Source: Patescibacteria group bacterium (lineage in GTDB: Bacteria; Patescibacteriota; Minisyncoccia; Portnoybacterales; GWB1-42-6). From it: a DNA stretch of 64,000 nucleotides. The notes below the pieces were generated by a model. That model did no database searches. It saw nothing but the letters and a program-made list of their open reading frames with translations, and was not told where the DNA came from. The translations under genes were made by a program, and so were the position numbers. Shown here piece after piece: positions 20,453 through 29,807 of this stretch (positions are counted from its first letter, which is position 1; every line of letters begins with the position of its first letter). The stretch covers positions 14,521 through 78,520 of the forward strand of contig JAKLIA010000002.1 in the NCBI GenBank assembly GCA_022709865.1, written 5' to 3'.

Positions 20453-21598
20453 ATGATGAAAAAGAACATAAAAGATATTCTTGGCTGTTTGCCTAAAGCC
20501 TTATTTGGCAATTTTATGATCGGCGCGGGCGCTTTATCTTTGGGCATTATCTTGGGTGGGCCTAAAATCTATATTTCTCTTAATACCGCAATCATTTCTT
20601 TTGCAGTTTTATTGGCTCTATATATTGTTTTAACTTGGTGGAGCGTTTGGGCATTATCTAGGGGGTGCAAAAACGACAATCTTTCTGAGCTAGTTATTAA
20701 TGGACCGTATGCGCTGACTAGAAATCCAATGTACGCGGCGATAATTTTTATTTTAAATCCGGCGCTAGGGATCCTTTTCCGTTCCTGGCTGTTATTTATA
20801 GCAATTATCCCGATCTATTTTTTTTGGCGCAAATGCGTGATAGCGGAAGAGCGAGGTTCGCTAACTACTAAGTTCGGCGCGGCGCACGAAGAATATTTAA
20901 AAACTACTCCGCGATTTTTTCCTAATTTTCGCCGCGTTAGCCCATTTTTATCCTATGGCCTAATCGGCATTTTTATCTTCTCGGTCAGTTTTATCTTTTT
21001 GAACTTTAACGCGCTGTATTTGCGCTGGGTGGTTTTTGAAACTAATGGCAAGATCACTTACGATGAGCCGGCTCCTAAAATGAGCGTTTTTCCGTCTACC
21101 CAATCGGGGAGTTTAACGACTAATAAAACGCCTTATTCGACTGAAACGCCCAATATCAATAGCGTAGAATATAATGCTAACGCCAATATGATAATCATTA
21201 GTCGTCTTGGCATTCGAGCTCCTTTGGTTATGGCTAGCGGCACAACCCAGAAGCAATTAAACGAATCGTTGAATCAGGGCGTAATAATCTATCCGGGCAG
21301 CGCTTTACCCGGGCAAAATGGTGAACTTGTTTTGTCGGGCCATAGTTCAATATTTCCATGGGTAAAAACCCAATACGGCCAAGTTTTTACTCTGCTGGAT
21401 AAACTTCAAGCAGGGGATACGGTTTCGGTGATATATAACCATCGCCAATATGATTACCAAATTACGGGGCAGGAAGTGTTGAATCCAAACCAAGTAAAAA
21501 TAGCCGAATCGGCTACACCGGCATTAAAAATGACAACTTGCTGGCCAATTGGCACTTCGGCTAAGAGATTGGTTGTTTATGGAGCGTTGATTCAGTAA
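20453..21598 (+). CDS. Fusion protein: N-terminal ICMT/PEMT-like membrane methyltransferase-family domain plus C-terminal sortase (transpeptidase) domain
   Basis: N-terminus: 4-5 TM helices with NGPYALTRNPMYAAII and EERGSLTTKFGAAHEEYLKTTPRFFP (ICMT family RHPxY and EE...Y motifs, with His replaced by Asn). C-terminus: sortase fold motifs LVLSGHSS (catalytic His), LKMTTCWP (TLxTC catalytic Cys), AKRLVV (Arg). Start taken at the in-frame ATG 20453, just after the upstream stop at 20447. Confidence 0.75.
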   Translation: MMKKNIKDILGCLPKALFGNFMIGAGALSLGIILGGPKIYISLNTAIISFAVLLALYIVLTWWSVWALSRGCKNDNLSELVINGPYALTRNPMYAAIIFILNPALGILFRSWLLFIAIIPIYFFWRKCVIAEERGSLTTKFGAAHEEYLKTTPRFFPNFRRVSPFLSYGLIGIFIFSVSFIFLNFNALYLRWVVFETNGKITYDEPAPKMSVFPSTQSGSLTTNKTPYSTETPNINSVEYNANANMIIISRLGIRAPLVMASGTTQKQLNESLNQGVIIYPGSALPGQNGELVLSGHSSIFPWVKTQYGQVFTLLDKLQAGDTVSVIYNHRQYDYQITGQEVLNPNQVKIAESATPALKMTTCWPIGTSAKRLVVYGALIQ

Positions 21599-21611
21599 AA
21601 CTCCAAGGGGC

Positions 21612-21641
21612 TTGACAAGAATAGATAAAATAGTATATAAT
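21612..21641 (+). promoter_or_regulatory. Sigma70-like promoter upstream of the secreted-protein and lipoprotein genes
   Basis: TTGACA at 21612-21617, 17-18 nt spacer, TATAAT-like ATATAAT at 21635-21641. Confidence 0.45.
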
Positions 21642-21725
21642 ACAAGATTACAGAAAAGGGTAGTAAATAAGAGAAAAAAAGGCAGTTCTTTAAACAAAAA
21701 AATAAAGAGATAAGGAGGCTAGACC

Positions 21726-22100
21726 ATGAAAAAGACCGTTATTACTATTTTCGTGTTAGCGGTATTGTTGGTGGGTAGCGGTCAAGTTTTTGGTTGCTCC
21801 CTCTGTGATAGGCTTACAAAGCTCGGTTATTCTAACCAGGAAATTGTAAGCATCATTAGCGGCAGCGCTACGCGCGCTGAAGCTGAAGACAGGATGCGGC
21901 AAGTGATTCTTCGGGGCGGAAACGTTCCTGTGAAAATGGCCCGTTATTCGCCTAACCGATCTGTTTTAGTTCCGTCGCAAAAAGCGAAAATACCAGATCT
22001 TTTTCCGGAGCAAAAACAAAAATACAAATATTCGGAAGAGGAACAAGAGGTTCCTCCGATGAATGGATCGGCCATGGCCGAAACGAAAAAGAGGAGGTAA
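21726..22100 (+). CDS. Small secreted hypothetical protein (signal peptide, CxxC, Lys/Glu-rich tail)
   Basis: RBS AAGGAGG 6 nt upstream. Cleavable N-terminal signal MKKTVITIFVLAVLLVGSGQVFG. Confidence 0.5.
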   Translation: MKKTVITIFVLAVLLVGSGQVFGCSLCDRLTKLGYSNQEIVSIISGSATRAEAEDRMRQVILRGGNVPVKMARYSPNRSVLVPSQKAKIPDLFPEQKQKYKYSEEEQEVPPMNGSAMAETKKRR

Positions 22101-22104
22101 GAAA

Positions 22105-22830
22105 ATGAAGAAGGAATATTTGTTGTTGAATGTTATTTTCTTGTGCCTCTTGTTTTTCCAAGGCTGCACAGGATTAATAGTCTCGCGCGCGGATGCGCCC
22201 GAGGAAATCATAATGCGGGAAGCTAAAACGGTAAAAGCCACGGAGCCTTATGAGGTGGACCAAAAACTTCTGCCGGCCAGAATGGATTTAATTTCTTCGA
22301 TTCCCCAAGGGGAATATAAGAAATTAAAGCTTGGCGGCAATCCCGTTGGCCCGGTATCCAAAAATACTGTGAAAAAACTTCAGGACGAAGCCCGAGAGTC
22401 AAAATCAGTCATTTTTATCAATAGAGAAAAAATGATAATTGAGACTCAAGGCGGCAACGGCAAATGGTATCGTGGTTGGGTAGAGCCTGAAACTGTTTTT
22501 CTAGCTAAGGCTAATTATGATGCTTCCACCGGCATTACCGAATATGAATTATATAAGCTCGGTATTTGCTGGAACCCGGTGCGAAATGTAAAAGTTCGCC
22601 AATTGCCGGTAATCTTGAAGATCACAGAACGATATCGCGATACGACAAAACAAATTATCGAACAGCGGTATCGAGACACCGACTATACGCCTGCTCTTTG
22701 GGCAGGGCTTGGAGGGCTTGCAGTTGGCGGCGTGCTTGGTTGGATATTGCATCCGGCGGCCACGACAACGGTTATTACTAAGACCCTCGGTTGTATCGGC
22801 GGTCCTGCACCCCTTCCCTTAGTTCCTTAA
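22105..22830 (+). CDS. Putative lipoprotein, hypothetical
   Basis: RBS GAGGAGG 7 nt upstream of the ATG at 22105. Signal with lipobox-like LFFQGC. Gly-rich hydrophobic C-terminus. Confidence 0.55.
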   Translation: MKKEYLLLNVIFLCLLFFQGCTGLIVSRADAPEEIIMREAKTVKATEPYEVDQKLLPARMDLISSIPQGEYKKLKLGGNPVGPVSKNTVKKLQDEARESKSVIFINREKMIIETQGGNGKWYRGWVEPETVFLAKANYDASTGITEYELYKLGICWNPVRNVKVRQLPVILKITERYRDTTKQIIEQRYRDTDYTPALWAGLGGLAVGGVLGWILHPAATTTVITKTLGCIGGPAPLPLVP

Positions 22831-23000
22831 CTCTTTATTTATCCAGGCGAGGCGCAAAGACAAAAAATCTTTAGCGCTTCGCCCTTCTACTTTTTTTCAT
22901 AAAAAATTGCGGAAAAAAGTAGGAGAAAAAAATAATTCACCCTGTTAAATAATTGCTTCGCAATTCCTGCGCAGCAGAAATTAACAGGATAAATAAAAAT

Positions 23001-25493
23001 ATGAAAAAGATAATTTCCATTTTAACCGTATTTTTAACTATAAGCGCTATCGTAGCGCCGATTTTGGCGAACGCCGATGGCTCACCGCAATTTAATATTC
23101 AGAGCGGTGATCTAAAAACATTAGCCGTGGCCAACAGAACCACCGCTACCGGCTGGCAGGATAACAGCGTATCCGCTAGCAGCAATAATAGCGTGGCTTT
23201 TAGGGTTTATTATCACAATGGAGTGATAGATTCAGTGGCCCATAACACTCGGGTCCGCTTAACGTTTTCCAATAACGCCCAAAGCACCATTACGGTAAAC
23301 GCGGCTTTAAGCGCCGACAACGCGCCGACAAAAAATGACAGCGTGATTATCTATAGTTCTCCGGCGCAAACATTAGCCATGGAAACTAGCTCGATTCGCT
23401 GGTACCCGAACCAATCAACAACTCCGACCTATGTTTCGGCGACTTCTTATGGTTCAAATTATATTGAGTTAAATATTGGAGATATTCAAGGCTGCTGGCC
23501 ATATCAGGGTTATATTACTTTTATTGGTAATTTATCTCCTGTTGCTACTCCCACCCCGACTCCAACTCCGACCCCTACACCTACTCCTACCCCAACACCT
23601 ACCCCAAACTTAAATTACAACCTAACTGTCAGCAAGACCGTTCGGAACCAATCAAGCGGAACTAGCTATGGGTATAGCACCAGCGCTGTTTTAAATGATA
23701 CTTTAAACTTTCAAATTAGCGTTGTTAACACCGGAAACACCTCGTTAAGCAATGTTGTGGTGAGGGATAATATTCCTTATCCTTTAACTTACGTTAACGG
23801 CTCAACCAATGAAAATGGCTCTTATTTGGCGGATGGCATAACCGGCAACGGAATAAATATCGGCTCGTTAGCGCAAGGCGCCACCAGGACGATCACTTTT
23901 AGCGCTTTAGTAAATTATTATTATTCCTCTCAGACTGCCACTAACTATGGGTATGCCCGCGCGGACAATGTGAGCGAGAAGAGTTCCTCAGCTTATATTT
24001 ACTTATCTTCGGCAACTCCGACCCCGACTCCAACACCTGGTTATAGTTATTTAACTATCAATAAAACCGTCCGCAATTTAACTAGCGGCACAAGCGGCTA
24101 TATGGAAAGCGTAAATGCTAATGGTAATGACCGCATATCTTTCCAGGTTCAGATCCAAAATACCGGCAATACCACGCTGAATAATGTTTATGTCTATGAT
24201 ACTTTGCCTAGCTACCTTTCTTATGTTTCGGGCTCAGCTCGATTAGATGGTTCATATATGTCTGATGGAATAGTTTCCGGCGGAGTGAATATCGGTTCGC
24301 TGTCTTCAGGCTCTACCAGAACCATAGTTTTTGAAGTTACGGCTAACTATTATTCGTATGCTTCAAACCAAAACTTGATTAACTACGCTTATGCCCGCGC
24401 GGACCAAGTAAGCGAGCGCAGCGATACAGCCACAGTGTATTTGGGCCAAAGTTATAGCCAAGGAAATCTTAATATTTCCAAGACCGTCCGCAATACAACC
24501 ACCGGCACAAGCATGCAAAGCTCTGTTAATGCCAGCATCGGCGACCGAGTGATGTTTTTAATTCAAGTCTCAACGCCTTCAAGCTTAGGTAATCTTTATA
24601 ACGTGCGCGTTTGGGATACTTTGCCTTCCGGTTTAACTTATGTTCCGGGCTCAACCCGCATTGATAATGCTTATACCAGCGACGGCTTAACAACCGGCGG
24701 AATAAGCTTAGGCACGATGTCTGCCAACCAAAATCGCAGCATTAACTTTGAGGCGACAGTCAATTCTTATGGCGGCGCCCAAACCATTACTAACTATGCT
24801 TATGCTTCGGCGGATAATGTTGGCCAGCAGTCATCTTTTGCGCAAGTGGTAACGACCACAGGCTCGGCTTCAACTGTTTATGTTCCGGCAGCGACAATTT
24901 CTACTTCCGGATTGACTAAACGGGTAGATAATTTAACTTCCGCCAATGGAACGCAAACCGATAACACGGCTTCTGTGGGCCATGCCTTAAAATATACTTT
25001 GAGCTACTATAACAGCGGCTCTAGCATATTAACCAATGTCCGGTTCGTTGATACTTTGCCTTCATATACGACTTTTGTCAGCGCTGATAATGGCGGCAGC
25101 TATAACGCCAGCACTAATCAAATAACTTGGTATATGGGCAGCTTGTCTTCAGGTGCTACCGCTACTGTTTCTTATCAGGTTAATGTGATGCAGGTGCCGT
25201 ATAACGGCTATGTTATTGCCAATAGCGCGGCTTTTGCAGCTGATAATTTAAGCGCTATCAATTCCAACGAGGTTCGCACGACTGTGTCGACCGGCGTGGT
25301 CTTAGGCGCATCAATTGCGGCTGTCACCGGCAGCAACGACTTGGCGCGCAATATAGCTATTTCTCTGATGGTTTCTTTATGGGGCATATTCTTGGTATAT
25401 CTCTACAATGAATACGGCCTAGCGATCAATTGGAACAAACTAAAGTTTAAGTTCGCGGTTTGGCGGATTAGGGTTAAAGAAAAGTTGATGTAA
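23001..25493 (+). CDS. Cell-surface protein with four DUF11 (conserved repeat domain) modules joined by Pro-Thr linkers. C-terminal TM segment plus basic tail.
   Basis: Signal peptide (MKKIISILTVFLTISAIVAPILANA). Repeated TVRN..SGTS...V.NTGNT.L.NV.V.DTLP..L.YV.GS....G.Y..DG...GG...G domain (x4), which is the DUF11 pattern. (PT)n linkers at 23546-23606 and 24012-24037. C-terminal ...AAVTGSN...TM...KLKFKFAVWRIRVKEK. Confidence 0.8.
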   Translation: MKKIISILTVFLTISAIVAPILANADGSPQFNIQSGDLKTLAVANRTTATGWQDNSVSASSNNSVAFRVYYHNGVIDSVAHNTRVRLTFSNNAQSTITVNAALSADNAPTKNDSVIIYSSPAQTLAMETSSIRWYPNQSTTPTYVSATSYGSNYIELNIGDIQGCWPYQGYITFIGNLSPVATPTPTPTPTPTPTPTPTPTPNLNYNLTVSKTVRNQSSGTSYGYSTSAVLNDTLNFQISVVNTGNTSLSNVVVRDNIPYPLTYVNGSTNENGSYLADGITGNGINIGSLAQGATRTITFSALVNYYYSSQTATNYGYARADNVSEKSSSAYIYLSSATPTPTPTPGYSYLTINKTVRNLTSGTSGYMESVNANGNDRISFQVQIQNTGNTTLNNVYVYDTLPSYLSYVSGSARLDGSYMSDGIVSGGVNIGSLSSGSTRTIVFEVTANYYSYASNQNLINYAYARADQVSERSDTATVYLGQSYSQGNLNISKTVRNTTTGTSMQSSVNASIGDRVMFLIQVSTPSSLGNLYNVRVWDTLPSGLTYVPGSTRIDNAYTSDGLTTGGISLGTMSANQNRSINFEATVNSYGGAQTITNYAYASADNVGQQSSFAQVVTTTGSASTVYVPAATISTSGLTKRVDNLTSANGTQTDNTASVGHALKYTLSYYNSGSSILTNVRFVDTLPSYTTFVSADNGGSYNASTNQITWYMGSLSSGATATVSYQVNVMQVPYNGYVIANSAAFAADNLSAINSNEVRTTVSTGVVLGASIAAVTGSNDLARNIAISLMVSLWGIFLVYLYNEYGLAINWNKLKFKFAVWRIRVKEKLM

Positions 25494-25502
25494 TTTTAGC
25501 TT

Positions 25503-25555
25503 GGGGCTTAATTCTTTTTGCAGAGCAAAAAGAATTAAGCCCCGTTTCTTTGTTT
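25503..25555 (+). terminator. Strong Rho-independent terminator after the DUF11 gene
   Basis: 17-bp perfect stem GGGGCTTAATTCTTTTT / AAAAAGAATTAAGCCCC, loop GCAGAGC, then a T-rich tract. Confidence 0.7.
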
Positions 25556-25670
25556 ATTTTTGTCATTCTGAGCAAAGCGAAGAATCTATAGATATCCTTC
25601 ATTTTGCTTAAAACAACAGAGAAGTTCTTAAACAAATTTAAAATATATAACAAAAAAATGGAGGCGCATT

Positions 25671-25853
25671 ATGACAGACTCTTTTTTAAGAGAATTTGCT
25701 GGTTTAATTATTGTCTTTATATTTAATTCTTTACTCTGTGGAATAACAGCCTGGAAATACCATAAAGATAGGATTATTTTGATTCCTGCCGTAGCAATGC
25801 TAGTTATCACAAGCTTGATAGTGGGATTTAATTTTGGTAAATTGTTAAAATAA
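25671..25853 (+). CDS. Small (60-aa) two-helix membrane protein, hypothetical
   Basis: GGAGG 6 nt upstream of the ATG. Two hydrophobic helices. An intrinsic terminator lies directly downstream (25879-25916). Confidence 0.3.
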   Translation: MTDSFLREFAGLIIVFIFNSLLCGITAWKYHKDRIILIPAVAMLVITSLIVGFNFGKLLK

Positions 25854-25878
25854 ATAGCAAAAGTTTGCCGGAAACCGA

Positions 25879-25916
25879 CCCATTAAGGATTTTATCCTTA
25901 ATGGGCTTTTATTTTG
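25879..25916 (+). terminator. Rho-independent terminator upstream of the hydrogenase genes
   Basis: 10-bp perfect stem CCCATTAAGG / CCTTAATGGG, 7-nt loop, then TTTTATTTTG. Confidence 0.55.
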
Positions 25917-25973
25917 CCCACAAAAAATTATCCACACTTTTTTATTTGAACTATTTTTGGTATAATTTTAATA

Positions 25974-27005
25974 ATGACTCAAGGAGGGTTGGAAAAATTC
26001 GTGGCTTATCTGCGCCAGAACGGCTGGCCGATTTTTGGGCCGGTTTTCTCAGCTGAAAAAACCGAAGAGGTTTCGCCGTTCTTAGCTGCTCACCAGCCAA
26101 AATCAGCGCATAAAGACGGACAGATCTATATTAAAGAAATCCAAAAAGCTGAAGACCTGGACTTATCCGGGCAATTGCCGTTCTATTCTTTTAAGCGTTT
26201 TTTTGTGCCGGAGCAAGAATGCCTTTTCCAATACGAAAAAGAGAAACTAGACCAGCCGGAAAAAGAACAAAAGGCAGCTTTGCTTGGCATGAGCATTTTA
26301 GACCTGAAAGCGGTTAACCTTTATGATCAAGTCTTTGAAAAGGACCCATATTATCAGCTCCGCCGGCGTAATTTGCTGATAATCGGCTATTCCTTAACTC
26401 CCGAGATACAAGGCAATCTTTTTGAAATAGAATATGAGGAAAATATTTTAGAGCATTTGCCTTTTGATATTTTTTTAGTAAAAACAGATAAAGCCTTTAA
26501 GGTTTTTACCGGCTCGATAAAAGGGCAAAGAGTGCTGGAGGATTTTGGCTATAAAGATTACCAGCATATCCAATACAGCGGGCCGGTCAAAGAAGGAAAG
26601 TTAGAAGAACGGATGGAGCGCTTGCGCGACCGGCTAAAAAACCATCCCAATCCCCAAATCTGGGAGGAGCTGGGCAAGATTTGTATTGAATGCGGCAAAT
26701 GCACCTTGGCTTGCCCGACTTGTTTTTGCTTCCGTATAGACGATAAGCCGGCTTTAAAAGAGGGCGCGGGCAAAAGGACTCGGGAATGGGATTCTTGTTT
26801 TTACCAAGAGTTTTCCGAAGTGGCTGGTGGGCACAAGTTTTTAAAGACCACAGCCGCCAGGATACTTTTTTGGTATTACCATAAGTTTGCCCGAATCCCT
26901 GACGAGTTTGATTTTATGGGTTGCGTGGGGTGCAAGCGATGCGCTAAAGTTTGCCCTGTGGGCATAAATATAGAAGAAGTTTTAAAGAAAATAGAGAACT
27001 CTTAA
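25974..27005 (+). CDS. Group 3b [NiFe]-hydrogenase (sulfhydrogenase-type) beta subunit, 4Fe-4S protein (HydB/AsrA-like)
   Basis: Two ferredoxin-type cluster motifs, CIECGKCTLACPTCFC and CVGCKRCAKVCPVG. Directly upstream of, and stop/start-coupled to, the gamma subunit. Confidence 0.7.
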   Translation: MTQGGLEKFVAYLRQNGWPIFGPVFSAEKTEEVSPFLAAHQPKSAHKDGQIYIKEIQKAEDLDLSGQLPFYSFKRFFVPEQECLFQYEKEKLDQPEKEQKAALLGMSILDLKAVNLYDQVFEKDPYYQLRRRNLLIIGYSLTPEIQGNLFEIEYEENILEHLPFDIFLVKTDKAFKVFTGSIKGQRVLEDFGYKDYQHIQYSGPVKEGKLEERMERLRDRLKNHPNPQIWEELGKICIECGKCTLACPTCFCFRIDDKPALKEGAGKRTREWDSCFYQEFSEVAGGHKFLKTTAARILFWYYHKFARIPDEFDFMGCVGCKRCAKVCPVGINIEEVLKKIENS

Positions 27006-27830
27006 TTGCTGCTGATGAATAATCCCTACGAATCACAATCAGCCAGAATATCTTTTATTTCCAGGCAGACAGACAATATTAAATTGTTCCGTTTTGAATT
27101 GGGCAAAAAAATTAAATACCAACCTGGGCAATTCGTGGAGTTGTCTTTGCCGGGTTTTGGCGAAGCGCCCTTTGCGCCTTGCGGCGATGCCAAAGAAAAC
27201 TATATTGAGCTTTGCGTTAGAAACGCAGGCAAATTAACCGCCAAGCTCCATGAAATGAAGGTTGGGGACAAAGTTGGCCTTCGCGGGCCTTTTGGCAATG
27301 GGGTTTGGCCGTTGAATAAATATGATTTTAAAAAGCAGAAAAATCTTTTTATTGCGGTTGGCGGGCTGGGCTTTGTTCCTTTGCGGACTTTGATCCTTGG
27401 TAAAGACGACTTATTGGGCAGTGGCACAAAAGTGCAGATATTTTATGGCGCCAAATCTCCGGATGATATGCTTTTCCGACACGAATACGACCGGTGGAAA
27501 AAGCAAAACATCCAATTGGAGCTCACGGTGGATAAAGAATGCGTTGGTTGGAAAGGGTGCACAGGGCTGGTTACGACGCTTTTTGACAAACATGAAGTTG
27601 TCCAAAACTCAGTCGCTTTTATTTGTGGGCCGCCTGTAATGTACCGGCCGATATTGGAAAAGCTTCAAAAATTGGGCTTTGCGGATGAGGATATTTATTT
27701 GTCGCTGGAGAGGAGAATGCACTGCGGCATAGGAGTTTGCCAACATTGCGCCGTTGGCCCATACTATACTTGCAAAGATGGCCCGGTTTTCAGCTGGGCG
27801 CAGCTAAAAACCATTCCTGAAGCAATTTAA
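27006..27830 (+). CDS. Group 3b hydrogenase gamma subunit: FAD/NAD(P)-binding oxidoreductase with C-terminal 2Fe-2S (HydG/AsrB-like)
   Basis: Ferredoxin-NADP reductase-like fold (RFELGKKIKYQPGQFVEL, GGLGFVPL). C-terminal CGIGVCQHCAV cluster motif. Confidence 0.75.
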   Translation: MLLMNNPYESQSARISFISRQTDNIKLFRFELGKKIKYQPGQFVELSLPGFGEAPFAPCGDAKENYIELCVRNAGKLTAKLHEMKVGDKVGLRGPFGNGVWPLNKYDFKKQKNLFIAVGGLGFVPLRTLILGKDDLLGSGTKVQIFYGAKSPDDMLFRHEYDRWKKQNIQLELTVDKECVGWKGCTGLVTTLFDKHEVVQNSVAFICGPPVMYRPILEKLQKLGFADEDIYLSLERRMHCGIGVCQHCAVGPYYTCKDGPVFSWAQLKTIPEAI

Positions 27831-27993
27831 ATTAGATAAGCTAATAATTAATAATTAAGATAATTTTTAAGGTTTTATGCGAAAATTCAAGTTAATGGTA
27901 GGAGACGATATAATGGACCTTCTTCCGTCTATCCTGACCGCATTTATCATAATTGCCGGATTTGTCACTTTAATAATAAAAAACTTATAGACC

Positions 27994-28188
27994 ATGTGCC
28001 TCACTATCCCCAAAAAAGTTATTTCAGCTGGAAAGGAGGCTATTGTTGTCAAAGCTGGGGAGAAAAAAGAAATAGTAGCCAGCCTCTTGCCGGTCAAAAA
28101 AGGGGATTGGGTCTTAACGCAGAGCCAAGTCATAATCAAAAAAATAACCGCTAAGCAGGCTAAAGAAATAAATAATCTCATTATTTAA
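27994..28188 (+). CDS. hypC: Hydrogenase maturation factor HypC/HupF family
   Basis: 64 aa beginning MCLTIP (the essential N-terminal Cys2 motif of HypC) and GDWVL near the C-terminus. Confidence 0.75.
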   Translation: MCLTIPKKVISAGKEAIVVKAGEKKEIVASLLPVKKGDWVLTQSQVIIKKITAKQAKEINNLII

Positions 28189-28198
28189 AAACTATCAT

Positions 28199-29104
28199 AT
28201 GCCAAATAAAGGATTTATTTTAGTTTTTTCGACCGCCATAATTTCCGGTTTTTCGGTTTTTATCAATAAGTTCGGCGTGGCGATAAATAATTCCGATATT
28301 TTTGCTTTTGCCAAGATCGCCTTGGTGGCGCTTTTTATCGGAGCGATTATTTTATTTTTTAATAAAAAACAGGAGTTTTTAGAGCTTTCCAAAAAACAGT
28401 GGCTTCATTTGTTTTTGCTTGGTTTAATTGGCGGCTCAATTCCTTTTTTGCTATTTTTCAGGGGGTTGTCGTTAACCGGAGCAGCTCAAGGCGCCTTTAT
28501 CCATAAAACTTTATTTATTTTTGTGGCGGCCGGAGCTGTTATTTTTCTTAAAGAAAAAGTTAATAAGGGCTTTTTTATCGGCGGATTAAGCTTATTGGCT
28601 GGTTTGATGTTAACTTTAAAAAGCTTTAATCTGTCATTTGGCTGGGGAGACTTGCTGATTTTGGCGGCAGTTTTGTTCTGGTCGGCGGAAAACATTTTAG
28701 CCAAACACATCCTAAAAAATCTTTCGGGGAATATGGTGGCTTTTGGCCGAATGTTCTTTGGTGCTATTTTAATTTTTGTTTATCTTGTTCTATCGGGCCA
28801 AAGCGCGCAATTGTTAAGTTTAAGCTGGCCGCAATTTGGCTGGATAGCAATAACCGCCGCCCTGCTTTTAGGCTACACGCTTACCTGGTATAACGGATTA
28901 AAACTCATGCCGGTTTCTGTGGCTACCACGATTTTACTAGCCGGTTTGCCGATAACCACCTTGCTTTCCGCTATAAACGTCGGCCAAGTCTCTGCCAAAA
29001 ATATTTATTCTGGAGCGCTGATTCTAAGCGGTTTAATTTTAATTATGGGCTTTGACCGAATATGGGAAAGAATAAAAATGGTAAAAAAATATGTCCGGTC
29101 CTAA
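28199..29104 (+). CDS. DMT-superfamily (EamA-like) transporter
   Basis: 10-TM pattern with two EamA-like halves. Embedded between hydrogenase genes. Confidence 0.7.
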   Translation: MPNKGFILVFSTAIISGFSVFINKFGVAINNSDIFAFAKIALVALFIGAIILFFNKKQEFLELSKKQWLHLFLLGLIGGSIPFLLFFRGLSLTGAAQGAFIHKTLFIFVAAGAVIFLKEKVNKGFFIGGLSLLAGLMLTLKSFNLSFGWGDLLILAAVLFWSAENILAKHILKNLSGNMVAFGRMFFGAILIFVYLVLSGQSAQLLSLSWPQFGWIAITAALLLGYTLTWYNGLKLMPVSVATTILLAGLPITTLLSAINVGQVSAKNIYSGALILSGLILIMGFDRIWERIKMVKKYVRS

Positions 29105-29807
29105 AATAGCTGCGCTTTACGGGCTAATCCCCAATAAGCTTGGCTTTTGCGGGCCAAAGCAGGAGTTGCTTAAAAAGTTTCTTGTTGGCAAGCTGTCTAT
29201 CCCGGAAATAATCCCGACCCTGGAAAAGTTTGAAGCTGCTTATGCTTATTATCAGTTAATAGCGAAAAAGAATAAAATAAGCAGCCCATTTAATAAAAAA
29301 GTTGTCGAAGCTTATTGGTTAGGGAATGATCTTCTGGATAAGTTCACTGCCAATGATCTGCGGCGGTTTGTTGAAGAAAGGTTTTGCCGGCCAGGGCTTC
29401 TATCCAAGAGTGAAGCTAAAAAACGCGCCCAATTGATTCCGGAAGGGGTAAAACCCCACCATAGCTTCCATGTTTTGGTTTTAGGCTCAATTACCGGCAG
29501 CGTTGATTTTACAGGTAATACTAAGCTAAAGGATATTTGCCGCATTGGCTGGGGAAAGGTAAAGCGAATAATAAAAAACAAGATTGTTATCAGCTACGTG
29601 CCTCTGGCGGGCAAAAAAAATATAAGCTTTGCCCCCCCAACGAACAAAACCATAAATTGGAACAAAGAGATTTTACCGTCGATTGATATTGGGGATTGGG
29701 TTTCTGTCCATTGGAATCACGCTATCCAAAAATTGAATGAAGAAAATATTATTAATTTGTTTAAATATACCCAGGACACATTAAACGCTTTAAATGCCAA
29801 AGAATAA
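29091..29807 (+). CDS. Hypothetical protein with a C-terminal HypC-like motif (GDWVSVHWNHAI)
   Basis: 238 aa. The C-terminal IDIGDWVSVHWNHAIQKL resembles the conserved GDYVLVHVGFAI core of HypC/HupF, but the protein lacks the N-terminal MCxxP. Overlaps the upstream stop and the downstream start, so it is translationally coupled into the hydrogenase operon. Confidence 0.45.
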   Translation: MSGPKIAALYGLIPNKLGFCGPKQELLKKFLVGKLSIPEIIPTLEKFEAAYAYYQLIAKKNKISSPFNKKVVEAYWLGNDLLDKFTANDLRRFVEERFCRPGLLSKSEAKKRAQLIPEGVKPHHSFHVLVLGSITGSVDFTGNTKLKDICRIGWGKVKRIIKNKIVISYVPLAGKKNISFAPPTNKTINWNKEILPSIDIGDWVSVHWNHAIQKLNEENIINLFKYTQDTLNALNAKE

